Origin: Candidatus Levyibacteriota bacterium
Lineage (GTDB): Bacteria > Patescibacteriota > Microgenomatia > Levybacterales > UBA12049
Length of the DNA stretch: 64,000 nucleotides
Assembly (NCBI GenBank): GCA_963790825.1
Contig: CAWBPM010000003.1
Coordinates: 56,353-120,352 of the forward strand
Direction of reading: 5' to 3'
Below, piece after piece: positions 50,391-59,338 of this stretch (position 1 is the first letter of the stretch; every line of letters starts with the position of its first letter). The position numbers were made by a program, and so were the translations under genes. A model generated the notes under the pieces. It had not been told where the DNA came from and ran no database searches. It saw nothing but the letters and a program-made list of their open reading frames with translations.

Positions 50391-50454
50391 GAGTCATTTT
50401 TTCTTAATATTTTTTAAAGATAATATGTAAACACATACATATATAATAAGTATA

Positions 50455-52266
50455 CTACTCTCCGCTTTGTACAGATAACTCTCTCAGGAAGAGGTTGTAG
50501 TCAGAGGCATTGACTGATCCGTCATCGTTAAGGTCACTCTCTTTTCCGTTAGTTCCGGGACAACTGGTAGGAGGAGTAAAGTCTGAGTAGCAACCAAGGA
50601 GTATATTGTAGTCCAGGATATTAAGTGTATTGTCGTTATTGATGTCTCCTACGATAAGAGAAACAGGGGGAATGGTTGTAGTTTGTCCTTGAGTAAGTGT
50701 AATAATACCGGGGAGTTGTTTTACCAGGTACTTATCAGTCTTTACCTTTACTAAGTAGGAGCCGGTTGGAACAGTACTTCCCAGACTGACACTTCCTGAG
50801 AATCCCCCGCTGGAGGGAGAATAGGTAATGGTTCCTGAAAGAGTAGTAACAAGAACGTTACTTGCGTTTACTACCTGTACGGTTAGTGTACGATTGGGAG
50901 TCAGAGGACTTGTATTCCCCGAAGTTCCCGGGGCAACCGAGTCTCCGGCTGAGCCTATTCCGTGCAGAAGAATACTCGGGAAGGAGAGAGTGGTAGTACC
51001 CGGTAGCGGAGTAGGAGTCGGAGTTGCACTGGGCATTACAGATGGAGTAGGACTACTGGTTGGTTTAGGAGTTGGGGTGGGAGTGTAAGTCGGGGTTGGT
51101 ATTGCACTAGGTTTTGTTGAAGGGGTAGGCGTCGGAAGAGTGGTTGGAGTAGGCTTTACACTGGGAGTCGGGGTAATTGTACTACTGCCTAATTCAAATG
51201 CATAGTAATTTGCAAGGTCGGTAGCAGCGGGGCGAAGAGACCAGTTGCCGGTACTGCCGGTAAAAATATGGGTATAACCACCTGAATTTGCTGTGCCGGC
51301 TCCTACCCAGTAATTTAAGCCTTCAATATAACTAAGAGATTCAAAAGCGTTTAGTTCTGCTTTAAGGACTTGCTCTTGAGTAGTGTCACTAACATTAATT
51401 GCATTACTATAGCCCATTTCAGCAATGATAATCGGTATACCCGGATGTGTGTTCTCTATTGTTGAGAGTACCGAAAGCCAATCGTTGGCAGCAGTAGTTG
51501 GATCTGTGGTATTCTGATCAGGATAACTGTCAACAGTCATGACTCCAAATTGACTGATAGTTGAATTGTATAGCGCAGTAGGATTTTCGTAATACCACTC
51601 GCTCATTGATCTCACATTAGTATTTACTCCTGTGATACCCAGTTGTGCAAGTGCGCTGTTGGCTGTTGTTGTTACTCCTAAAACAAACTGATTATATGCA
51701 TCTGTTCCTGCATTTGGTGCATTCTGCCAACTCCAATTAGCCCCATAAGTATTTACCCAGTAAGGACTATTTTCCGGTTCAGGGTTCATATCCAGAATAT
51801 CTCCTGACTGAAAAAAAGTTGGATGGGCAAGAATAAAAGCACTTTCCGCACTTAAATATTGGGAAGGAGTCATAGTTGCTGTTACTCCATAGTTCCCTTC
51901 CCAGGCATTGGGGTGGATACGGAACCAGACGTGTTTGCCAGCTGCACGGACAGCGCTGATCCATTCTTGCATATACGTTGGATAATCCCAATGGACATCG
52001 ACGGTAATATGGGTTGTTTTGAGTGTTGCCGCAAGGTTTACATCATCAGCAATTTGAGTGGGAGTTAGCTGATTGGTATCCGTATCCATGCTTTCTTTCA
52101 TGGTATCAACCGAGGCGTAAAGGAAATGCGCATTTACCGCTGCGTACTGGTTTACTCGTTGTTGTTTTTGTGCATACCAGACAGTAACGACTGTCGCTGC
52201 AAGAAGGAGAAAAACAATCAGTACACTAAAAAGATGAGTCTTTTTTTTCATCCAACTTTTTCTCAT
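50455..52266 (-). CDS. membrane-anchored glycoside-hydrolase-like protein with a PT linker and C-terminal dockerin-like domain
   Basis: N-terminal TM; clan GH-A-like NPEPE and IIIAEMG glutamates; PT linker; duplicated Ca-binding repeats GDINNDNTLNILDY and SDLNDDGSVNASDY. Confidence 0.72.
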   Translation of the reverse strand: MRKSWMKKKTHLFSVLIVFLLLAATVVTVWYAQKQQRVNQYAAVNAHFLYASVDTMKESMDTDTNQLTPTQIADDVNLAATLKTTHITVDVHWDYPTYMQEWISAVRAAGKHVWFRIHPNAWEGNYGVTATMTPSQYLSAESAFILAHPTFFQSGDILDMNPEPENSPYWVNTYGANWSWQNAPNAGTDAYNQFVLGVTTTANSALAQLGITGVNTNVRSMSEWYYENPTALYNSTISQFGVMTVDSYPDQNTTDPTTAANDWLSVLSTIENTHPGIPIIIAEMGYSNAINVSDTTQEQVLKAELNAFESLSYIEGLNYWVGAGTANSGGYTHIFTGSTGNWSLRPAATDLANYYAFELGSSTITPTPSVKPTPTTLPTPTPSTKPSAIPTPTYTPTPTPKPTSSPTPSVMPSATPTPTPLPGTTTLSFPSILLHGIGSAGDSVAPGTSGNTSPLTPNRTLTVQVVNASNVLVTTLSGTITYSPSSGGFSGSVSLGSTVPTGSYLVKVKTDKYLVKQLPGIITLTQGQTTTIPPVSLIVGDINNDNTLNILDYNILLGCYSDFTPPTSCPGTNGKESDLNDDGSVNASDYNLFLRELSVQSGE

Positions 52267-52426
52267 TAATAACCAGTTTACTATTCTCAGTACAGGTGGT
52301 CAAGATAAGACTGGCAATATTTTTTGAATAAGTAACTATATAACCAAATAAATTGGTAAAGTTTTAGAGTCAATTTTTCAGACAAACCACGGGGGATCTA
52401 ATAAATATGTTTTCAATTTGAGGTAT

Positions 52427-52591
52427 CTAATTTATTCTACTACTGGCTTCTATATATTTTCTACTGCTGCCTGCATAGAGAGCCTGCAGTTTAACCATCC
52501 GTATAAGCATTTCGCGAATAGTTATAATTTCTTCTTCTCGCCCTGTCAAACTATCACCAATTATCTGCATGGTAATCTTTTTATCGGTCAC
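52427..52591 (-). CDS. putative 54-aa small protein
   Basis: GTG start after AAGGAGGT: MTDKKITMQIIGDSLTGREEEIITIREMLIRMVKLQALYAGSSRKYIEASSRIN. Lies downstream of the conserved promoter at 52748-52790. Confidence 0.45.
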   Translation of the reverse strand: MTDKKITMQIIGDSLTGREEEIITIREMLIRMVKLQALYAGSSRKYIEASSRIN

Positions 52592-52747
52592 ATTACCTCC
52601 TTCCTCAAGAAAAATATCAGATTCTGCTGAAAGATACCTTAATATAGATAGTTATTTAAAAAAGCTTGTATCATCAATACATTTTTTTACAAAATACGCA
52701 AGTAATACAAACTCCAAAAGTTGCATATCGCCGTATGGTAAAGATTT

Positions 52748-52790
52748 AAGTTATGAAAACGACTAAAAACATGTAAGGATTTAGCAATAA
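52748..52790 (-). promoter_or_regulatory. conserved promoter copy 1 (TTACAT-17-TAACTT)
   Basis: 16/20 match to the box at 58082-58101, with identical box-to-minus-10 spacing. Confidence 0.5.
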
Positions 52791-52817
52791 AGCGAAAGTG
52801 GATGTAAAATAAAAATT

Positions 52818-53177
52818 TTATTTTAAGTGCTTTTGAACAGTAGAAAGTAAATCATCAATATTAAATGGTTTCTGAATAAAACCATTCGCCCCAACTTCTT
52901 TGGCTATTTTTTCGGTTTCATTATTGGCAGATATCATAATAACCGGAGTATGTCGGGTTTTTTCGTCATTTTTTAGTTTTTTTGCAATTTCTCCTCCGTC
53001 ATGCCCAGCCATCCAAATATCCAAAAGCACAACATGCGGTTGCTCTTTATGAACCGTTTTGATTACCTGTTCGCCATGTTCAATTGCGATAACCTCATAT
53101 CCACCGTCTTGTAAAATAATCTTTACAACTTCCAGAATAGCTTTGTCATCCTCGGCAACCAGTATCTTTTTTTTCAT
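52818..53177 (-). CDS. single-domain response regulator (receiver only)
   Basis: ILVAEDD, VLLDIWM, MISA, KPF. Confidence 0.92.
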   Translation of the reverse strand: MKKKILVAEDDKAILEVVKIILQDGGYEVIAIEHGEQVIKTVHKEQPHVVLLDIWMAGHDGGEIAKKLKNDEKTRHTPVIMISANNETEKIAKEVGANGFIQKPFNIDDLLSTVQKHLK

Positions 53178-53402
53178 AGGTATTTGTATAGATAATTAAT
53201 AATATCTATAGCATAGCATGGTTTGTATATTTTATAAAAATTTTTCAGATAATAAATACTTTGAAAGAAGATTGGACCGGGGAAAAGATAAAGAGGCTGT
53301 AAGTATTGAAAAAATAATACCGACTGTATTCCTTACCTAAAGTACCGCTAGCTCTGGAGTAAAGAGAGGCAGGTAATAGTTTTAACTTTTTTTCTTATCA
53401 AA

Positions 53403-53477
53403 TTACGAACGAACGTATGCATAGGCAGGTTTTTTCCTTCCCAATGCAATCAGTATTCGTCTAATAAGCTCTTTCAG
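53403..53477 (-). CDS. putative 24-aa basic peptide with a CTG start
   Basis: AAAGGAGGTGA fused to the upstream stop, 6 nt, then CTG AAA GAG..: (M)KELIRRILIALGRKKPAYAYVRS. Confidence 0.4.
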   Translation of the reverse strand: MKELIRRILIALGRKKPAYAYVRS

Positions 53478-53492
53478 TGTGTTTCACCTCCT

Positions 53493-54554
53493 TTAGTCCC
53501 AATATTTCCATGTATTATATTTTGCCAGTAGTTGATTTTCTGTGACATTTACAGGATTAAGACCCATTGTCTGTTGATATCCTAGGTCCAAAAGTTCGGA
53601 AGCCCACAGATCACGCTTAATAATATCAGGTGCGCCCAAAACCACAACCAGAATCTTTTTTCCTCCCCGTTCAGAGAGAACGACAGTTGTCATCCCCGCT
53701 TTATCGGTGTCACCAATTTTAAGACCAATGATATTCGGATATACATCTAAAAGTCCGTTCCAGTTATATAAATCGAACTGCTTATGTTCACTGTTTGCCG
53801 GCAAAAATTCGTAATCTTTTTTTACCGCACCTGCAATAAGCGGATAGTTTGTGATCGCATAATGAGCAAGGATTGCTAAATCCTCAGCGCTGCTATAGTG
53901 ATTCGGGTCATCAAATCCTTGAGGGTTTTCAAAATGTGAATTTTTAAGGCCTAAAAAAATCGCTTTCGCATTCATTGCATGGATAAATATACCGGGTCCA
54001 TACTTTTGATCTATTCCTTCCCGGACTACTTCAGCTGCATCATTTGCCGATGCCAGAAGCATTGCCGGAAGTAGTTCCCCAAGTGTCATTTTATTTCCTT
54101 GTTTTACGCCGATTACTGTCGGGATTTCAGAAGCCGCAGTCTTAGAGACGATAAACGTATCGCTTGGGAGAGCCAGGTCCAAAGCAACAATAGCTGTCAT
54201 TATTTTTGTTAGTGAGGCAATCGGAAGCGGCTTAGTTAAGTTTTTTGAGGCTAAAATCTGTCCGCTATCAAAATCCATCAGCGCAAAACTGGCTGCCTGC
54301 TCGAAGTTTGACGCTGCGTAGGTGGTTTGGACTATTCCCGATTCTTGTTTTATCATAAAATTATTTTCTCTTTCTTCCAGTTTCGGCAAAACATTATCGA
54401 AAATATTTGGTTTTTGAGGAATCGGCCAGATAATCTTTGGCGCGCGTACTCCAAGATATTGCAAACTAACGATAGCAAATACTGCAATAAGCGATCCAAG
54501 AAATACGCGCAGTTGCATCGGTGTAATTCGAAATTGATTTAATAATTCTCCCAT
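53493..54554 (-). CDS. D-alanyl-D-alanine carboxypeptidase (peptidase S11)
   Basis: SxxK in IASLTK, SxN in SANDAA, HFENPQGFD; KIG at the KTG position; N-terminal TM. Confidence 0.88.
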   Translation of the reverse strand: MGELLNQFRITPMQLRVFLGSLIAVFAIVSLQYLGVRAPKIIWPIPQKPNIFDNVLPKLEERENNFMIKQESGIVQTTYAASNFEQAASFALMDFDSGQILASKNLTKPLPIASLTKIMTAIVALDLALPSDTFIVSKTAASEIPTVIGVKQGNKMTLGELLPAMLLASANDAAEVVREGIDQKYGPGIFIHAMNAKAIFLGLKNSHFENPQGFDDPNHYSSAEDLAILAHYAITNYPLIAGAVKKDYEFLPANSEHKQFDLYNWNGLLDVYPNIIGLKIGDTDKAGMTTVVLSERGGKKILVVVLGAPDIIKRDLWASELLDLGYQQTMGLNPVNVTENQLLAKYNTWKYWD

Positions 54555-54719
54555 ATTAATTTATCTTACATAGGATAGTAAAATGCGATCGGGTTTTTGG
54601 GGAAAATTTAGAAAATAGTTTTGGGTCAAGAAAGGAAAAAGAAGATTATTTATAACTAAATTTAGATTTGATATTGGTAGAATTTTTTTTAAATTCCGGC
54701 AGTTTAAAGCCATGCTGGA

Positions 54720-54747
54720 ATTATAACATGACTTATAAGTATGTCAA
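54720..54747 (-). promoter_or_regulatory. sigma70 promoter of the carboxypeptidase gene
   Basis: TTGACA-16-TATAAT with an extended TG. Confidence 0.6.
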
Positions 54748-54966
54748 GTACCCTGTAAGAATTCAAGCAATAGGTTGTAAGAGAAACGCAAGAAACGCTT
54801 GAGACGTTGATGCAAACTACTGCTGAGATTATATCTTATAATGATAGGATAAACAAGATAATTCAACAATGAAAAGTTAGGTTATTGATAAACAAATTTA
54901 TCTATTGTAAGAATATTTATATAGGATGTAAACGACTTCTCAATTATTCAGGCTCTACAAGAAGAA

Positions 54967-56059
54967 TTTATAAGTTACGAAACATATTAGACAATTCGTA
55001 ACTATGGATCATTACGCAAAAGCATATCCAATCTTTAGTAGAATCAAAGGCATTGAGGAGGTGAAAACAATGCTGAGGAGTCTAAAAAGATTCTCTAAAG
55101 ATGAAGTAGCTAAAGAGAGACTAAAGATAATAGAGTTTTATGATGAGTATGGAGAGAAAACTACTAAGAAAGCATTTGGTGTTGGAAGAAACACTATCTT
55201 TGTATGGAAGAAACGATTACGGATGAGTAGGAATTCCATTTCTTCACTTATTCCCACTCCAACAACTCCGAAAACAAAAAGAGTCATGGAAACCCATCCT
55301 AAAGTAGTTGCATATATCAAGCTCTTAAGAGAAGAGCATGTGAGACTGGGGAAAGAGAAAATTAAACCATTGCTCGATGAGTACTGTCTAAAGGAAGACC
55401 TGCCTATTATTCAGGAATCAACCATTGGGAAAGTCATCAAGCGTAACAATTACTTTTTTCAAAAGAGTGGCAAGATCTATCATAATCCCTCCCATAAGTT
55501 TGCCCAGGCCAAACGAAAGAAGCGAGACAGGATTAAAAGACCACCCAGACCGGAAAGCTTTGGCTATATGGAAATGGATACAGTGATTAAATTTGTTGAT
55601 GGAGTAAGAGTATTCTTTTTAACAGCAATTGATGTGAAGTTAAGGTTTGCATTTAGCCTGCCTTATACAAAACTGACGAGCGGTGTAACTGTAGACTTCT
55701 TCAAGAAACTGCAGTTTGTTTATCCCATTCAAATTACCACCATACAAACAGACAATGGACTGGAGTTTCTGGGGGATTTTGAAGCATACTTGAAACAACA
55801 ACATATCCATCAGGTATTTATCTATCCAAGATGCTGCAAGATCAATGGAACTATTGAGCGATTCAACAGAACAATTCAGGAAGAATTCATTGATGAAAAT
55901 CTTCATTTATTCCATGACCCGAAACTCTTCTCTTCAAAACTCATTGAATATCTGCTATTCTACAATACAAAGCGGGTACATAAATCCTTGGGACTTAAAA
56001 CTCCACTGGGATATCTGCAACAACAAGGAGGTATGTCTAATAACTCCGTAACCTCTACA
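54967..56059 (+). mobile_element. IS481-family insertion sequence (left end approximate)
   Basis: The right end TGTCTAATAACTCCGTAACCTCTACA (56034-56059) is inverted relative to the left TTTATAAGTTACGAAACATATTAGACA (54967-54993). An alternative TGT left end lies at 54927. No target duplication found. Confidence 0.65.
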
Positions 56060-56092
56060 CTACATTGTAATTGTACTATTATATTGTTATAA
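55004..56092 (+). CDS. IS481-family transposase (rve integrase core)
   Basis: HTH FGVGRNTIFVWKKR; DDE in EMDTV, IQTDNGLEF and NGTIERFNRTIQEE; YNTKRVHKSLG.KTP. Confidence 0.88.
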   Translation: MDHYAKAYPIFSRIKGIEEVKTMLRSLKRFSKDEVAKERLKIIEFYDEYGEKTTKKAFGVGRNTIFVWKKRLRMSRNSISSLIPTPTTPKTKRVMETHPKVVAYIKLLREEHVRLGKEKIKPLLDEYCLKEDLPIIQESTIGKVIKRNNYFFQKSGKIYHNPSHKFAQAKRKKRDRIKRPPRPESFGYMEMDTVIKFVDGVRVFFLTAIDVKLRFAFSLPYTKLTSGVTVDFFKKLQFVYPIQITTIQTDNGLEFLGDFEAYLKQQHIHQVFIYPRCCKINGTIERFNRTIQEEFIDENLHLFHDPKLFSSKLIEYLLFYNTKRVHKSLGLKTPLGYLQQQGGMSNNSVTSTLHCNCTIILL

Positions 56093-56099
56093 TCCCTCT

Positions 56100-56771
56100 A
56101 TGGTATATACCGTTTTAGTTGTTGAAGATGACAAAGGACTGCAAAAATACCTCAAAGAATTACTACTAGATAACGGCTATGCAGTTCATACGGCCGGGGA
56201 TGGAATTCAAGCTTTGGAATATCTTAAAAAAACTGAGCCGGACGTCGTTATTTTGGACCTCGGTTTGCCGAATATGTCAGGTGAAGCAGTTGTTTCAGAA
56301 CTTCGGAAAAAATATTCTGCTCTTCCGGTAATTATTCTGACAGCTAAAGATTCTATTCAAGATATCGTTCAGGGCCTTAATCTAGGCGCGGATGATTATA
56401 TGACTAAACCATTTGTCGCCGATGAATTTCTCGCCCGGGTAAAAGCAAGGCTTCGTAAACAAGGAAGCAGTGATGCCAAACTCGTTGTTTCGGATTTGGA
56501 ACTGGATAATAAAACAATGGAAGTAAAACGACAGGGAACACTGATTCAGCTGACTCCCCAGGAGTTTAAATTATTACAGTATCTAATGAGTAATAAAGGC
56601 AGAATTTTAACCCGTGAGATGATTCTTAACCGGATCTGGCTATACTCTTCAGAAGTAGAAACCAGAGTAGTTGATGTATATATGGGATATCTCCGTAAAA
56701 AAATTGATAGTAATTATCCCAAGAAGCTTCTTCATTCCGTCCGCGGTTTCGGCTACGTTATTAAAGAATAG
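56100..56771 (+). CDS. OmpR/PhoB-family response regulator
   Basis: VVEDD, ILDLGLP, LTAKD, GADDYMTKPF; winged HTH LTPQEFKLL..VVDVYMGYLRKK..VRGFGY. Confidence 0.95.
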   Translation: MVYTVLVVEDDKGLQKYLKELLLDNGYAVHTAGDGIQALEYLKKTEPDVVILDLGLPNMSGEAVVSELRKKYSALPVIILTAKDSIQDIVQGLNLGADDYMTKPFVADEFLARVKARLRKQGSSDAKLVVSDLELDNKTMEVKRQGTLIQLTPQEFKLLQYLMSNKGRILTREMILNRIWLYSSEVETRVVDVYMGYLRKKIDSNYPKKLLHSVRGFGYVIKE

Positions 56772-56785
56772 GAATTTATAACTCT

Positions 56786-57526
56786 TTATTTTATTTTTAT
56801 TTTCGGAAGCTTTATTTCTATTACCATTTCTTTTCCAGGGTCCGTTATAACCTTCAGGCCTCCCTTATGCTCCCTCGCGACATAGTCTGCTAAAAATATA
56901 CCTAAAGGAATGCCATCAGTATAATTTTCCTCTCCTTTTAATAACTTGCTTAACTTTTCTTTTGTTTTTTTCCATGTTAGCTCTTCTACATTAGACGACA
57001 GAGCAATTCGATAATATGATACTTCTAATTCTAGGCTTAAACGTAAGGGTGCGTTCACTAAGGAAATTTTTTCCAGAAATTCAAGACAATCGTATAAAAG
57101 ATTAATTAATTTTTCACTATCTCCGATTACCGGTAAATTTGTTTCTTTCGTTTTTTTTATAATTATTTTTCGTTCCGGGTAGGTAGCCTGAAAAAGGTCG
57201 GCTGCTTTCTCGGTTATTCCTATTAGATTACATTCCTGTAAGTCGTATATTATTCTTCCTGATTTTATTCTATTTAGCAAAAGCATCTGGTTGACGAGAC
57301 GCATAAGTTTGCTATTTGCTTTGGCTATCTCCATCGTCCAATCTGCTTCCGGTATCTTTTTATTACCTAATTTTCTTTTTGTTAATTGAATATATCCCTG
57401 CATGATCGTTAGAGGATTACGAAGTTCATGGCCGACAAATGAAATAAACTCCTGCTGCGTCGTAATTATTTTCTCAAGATCATCTGTTCGCAATTTCTTT
57501 TTTAGACTTGGCATTTGCCCCATCAT
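56786..57526 (-). CDS. HisKA-domain protein with a degenerate HATPase domain
   Basis: H-box FVGHELRNPLT intact; N-box LINLLYDCLEF lacks Asn; no DxGxG G1 box; weak G2 GIPLGIFLA; no sensor or TM domain. Confidence 0.75.
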   Translation of the reverse strand: MMGQMPSLKKKLRTDDLEKIITTQQEFISFVGHELRNPLTIMQGYIQLTKRKLGNKKIPEADWTMEIAKANSKLMRLVNQMLLLNRIKSGRIIYDLQECNLIGITEKAADLFQATYPERKIIIKKTKETNLPVIGDSEKLINLLYDCLEFLEKISLVNAPLRLSLELEVSYYRIALSSNVEELTWKKTKEKLSKLLKGEENYTDGIPLGIFLADYVAREHKGGLKVITDPGKEMVIEIKLPKIKIK

Positions 57527-57764
57527 ACCAGGTTATTTTGCTATTGCAAGTAATCGCATCCTATAAAACATTGCAGCGCTTGCCGTCTCAGATAAACTAT
57601 ATCTCTGGCTACGAAGAAACCGGAAGGACAGGCTACCGCCTTAACTTAATTTTTCCCGCTTATCAATGAGACATCCCGGTTATAATTTTTTGATGTTTTT
57701 TACTTCCTGTTTCATATCTTTAAGCTCGATTCGACCCGATCATTTATTTCTTATTGACAGGGTA

Positions 57765-58016
57765 TTATGCCTTCCGAAGCGCGCTGCCCACAAAGAGCAA
57801 GAAAAGGGAGCCTGCTACTGCAATTACAAAAGCTGTTAAGTTAAACCCGGTAACGGTAACACCAAAAAGAAGATTTGCTAAAAATCCTCCGATCATCGCC
57901 CCAATGATTCCCAAAAGTATTACTCCAAGAAGTCCTCCCTTATTCTGATCAGGATCAATTGCGTTCGCTGCAATTCCTACAATAAGTCCGAATAGGATCC
58001 ATGAGAGAATATTCAT
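57765..58016 (-). CDS. GlsB/YeaQ/YmgE-family stress response membrane protein
   Basis: MNILSWILFGLIVGIAA..GIIGAMIGG..AVAGSLFLL. The SD AAAGGGGGTGA favours ATG 58016 over GTG 58025. Confidence 0.88.
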   Translation of the reverse strand: MNILSWILFGLIVGIAANAIDPDQNKGGLLGVILLGIIGAMIGGFLANLLFGVTVTGFNLTAFVIAVAGSLFLLFVGSALRKA

Positions 58017-58058
58017 TATGCTCACCCCCTTTCACCATTAAAAATATAATGACGCTTC

Positions 58059-58103
58059 AGCTTATGAAATTAACAAAAATAATGTAAGGAATAAGAAAGA
58101 AAA
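58059..58103 (-). promoter_or_regulatory. conserved promoter copy 2 (20-bp box; TTACAT-17-TAAGCT)
   Basis: GTAAGGAATAAGAAAGAAAA (58084-58103) is identical to 58989-59008. Confidence 0.65.
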
Positions 58104-58172
58104 ATGGTTTTGCCCTCATTTTTAGTTGAAAAGTGAATAAATCGTTAGTATACTAAGCAATATCTCTAAATT

Positions 58173-58556
58173 ATGACAAAGAAACAAGTCTTAGTCGTTG
58201 ATGATGATAAGGACATTGTTGCGGCAATTGATACGATTCTTAAAATGGAAGAATATTCTGTAATTCATGCCTACTCCGGCACGGAGTCAATTCATTTGGC
58301 TATGGAATGTAAACCCGATGTTATTCTCCTTGACTATATGCTGCCCGATATGAGCGGAAGGCAAATTGTAAAGATTTTAAGAAAAAAATTACACTTTACG
58401 AAACTTCCTATTATCTTAATTTCAGCAGTAAATGATATTCAAGAAATTGCAAAAACCATAGAGGTAAATGCTTGTATTTCGAAGCCATTTGAACTTGAAG
58501 AATTAGTAACTTGTGTTGCAAAACAACTTTCCTGTAATTCTCATCTTCATAATTAA
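58173..58556 (+). CDS. single-domain response regulator (receiver only)
   Basis: VLVVDDD, ILLDYMLP, LISA, KPF. Confidence 0.92.
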   Translation: MTKKQVLVVDDDKDIVAAIDTILKMEEYSVIHAYSGTESIHLAMECKPDVILLDYMLPDMSGRQIVKILRKKLHFTKLPIILISAVNDIQEIAKTIEVNACISKPFELEELVTCVAKQLSCNSHLHN

Positions 58557-58579
58557 AAAACTACTTTAAATAAATTCTA

Positions 58580-58616
58580 TAGAAAAATACCCTTAAAGAG
58601 AAAGGGTATTTTTCTA
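58580..58616. terminator. bidirectional intrinsic terminator
   Basis: Perfect 15-bp IR TAGAAAAATACCCTT / AAGGGTATTTTTCTA between convergent genes. Confidence 0.8.
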
Positions 58617-58658
58617 CTATTTGTCATATGGAACAATCTAAGTTTCGTAAAACAAAGA

Positions 58659-58835
58659 TTACTCATCGCGATTTCGTTGCCTTGAACGACCGCCTTTTTG
58701 TCCTGCCAAGCGGGCTTCTTGCGATGTCCATTCATGCGCAGTACGGTTTATGTGCGCTTGCTTACCACCCTTACTGGCTATGTTACGCTGTTTATTTGGA
58801 TCCATACTAGCAAAGCCTCGACTACTTTTCGCCAT
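58659..58835 (-). CDS. KGG-repeat general stress protein
   Basis: RGFASMDPNKQRNIASKGG..AHEWTSQEARLAGQKGG; SD AAAGGGGGTGA before ATG 58835. Confidence 0.88.
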   Translation of the reverse strand: MAKSSRGFASMDPNKQRNIASKGGKQAHINRTAHEWTSQEARLAGQKGGRSRQRNRDE

Positions 58836-58963
58836 ATTCTTCTTCACCCCCTTTCATTTTTTTATAATACATAAGTTTTCTTTAAAACAGCTGAAAATAT
58901 TGACATTTCATCCAGATACATAAATATCAACAATTGTATATACAAGAGTCATAATAAACAGTA

Positions 58964-59008
58964 AGCTTAAGAGAATTACTAAAAAAAGGTAAGGAATAAG
59001 AAAGAAAA
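58964..59008 (-). promoter_or_regulatory. conserved promoter copy 3 (20-bp box; TTACCT-17-TAAGCT)
   Basis: Same box, same spacing and same -10 hexamer as 58059-58103. Confidence 0.65.
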
Positions 59009-59202
59009 GCGGGATAAGAAGAATTTATCCAAATATGAAGAAGAATAAACTATACTATAGATAGATTAGATAGATTACTATTTCTTTACTATAGTCAATA
59101 GCTTATAATATAGTGAGATCTAGAAAGTTTCTGATGTGGTTGAAAAATACAACATCAAGCTCATGGTAATTTGGGTTATATTTTAGTAAAATTATCAGAC
59201 AT

Positions 59203-59273
59203 TGCCGAATCGTCTAATGGTAGGACAACGGACTCTGAATCCGTTTATCTTGGTTCGAATCCAGGTTCGGCAG
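59203..59273 (+). tRNA. tRNA-Gln(CTG)
   Basis: Acceptor TGCCGAA/TTCGGCA, D-arm GTCTAATGGTAGGAC, anticodon arm ACGGA-CTCTGAA-TCCGT, T-arm CTTGG-TTCGAAT-CCAGG. Confidence 0.95.
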
Positions 59274-59338
59274 CTGCGACCGTACAAAAATACATACCCC
59301 TGCTGTACTTTGTAAGAACTCCTTGATATACTTTCTGC

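Noticed and set aside
57527-57760. Upstream sensor domain for the HisKA protein
   Set aside because: An in-frame stop lies three codons upstream of ATG 57526, and the other frames also contain stops with no recognisable domain.
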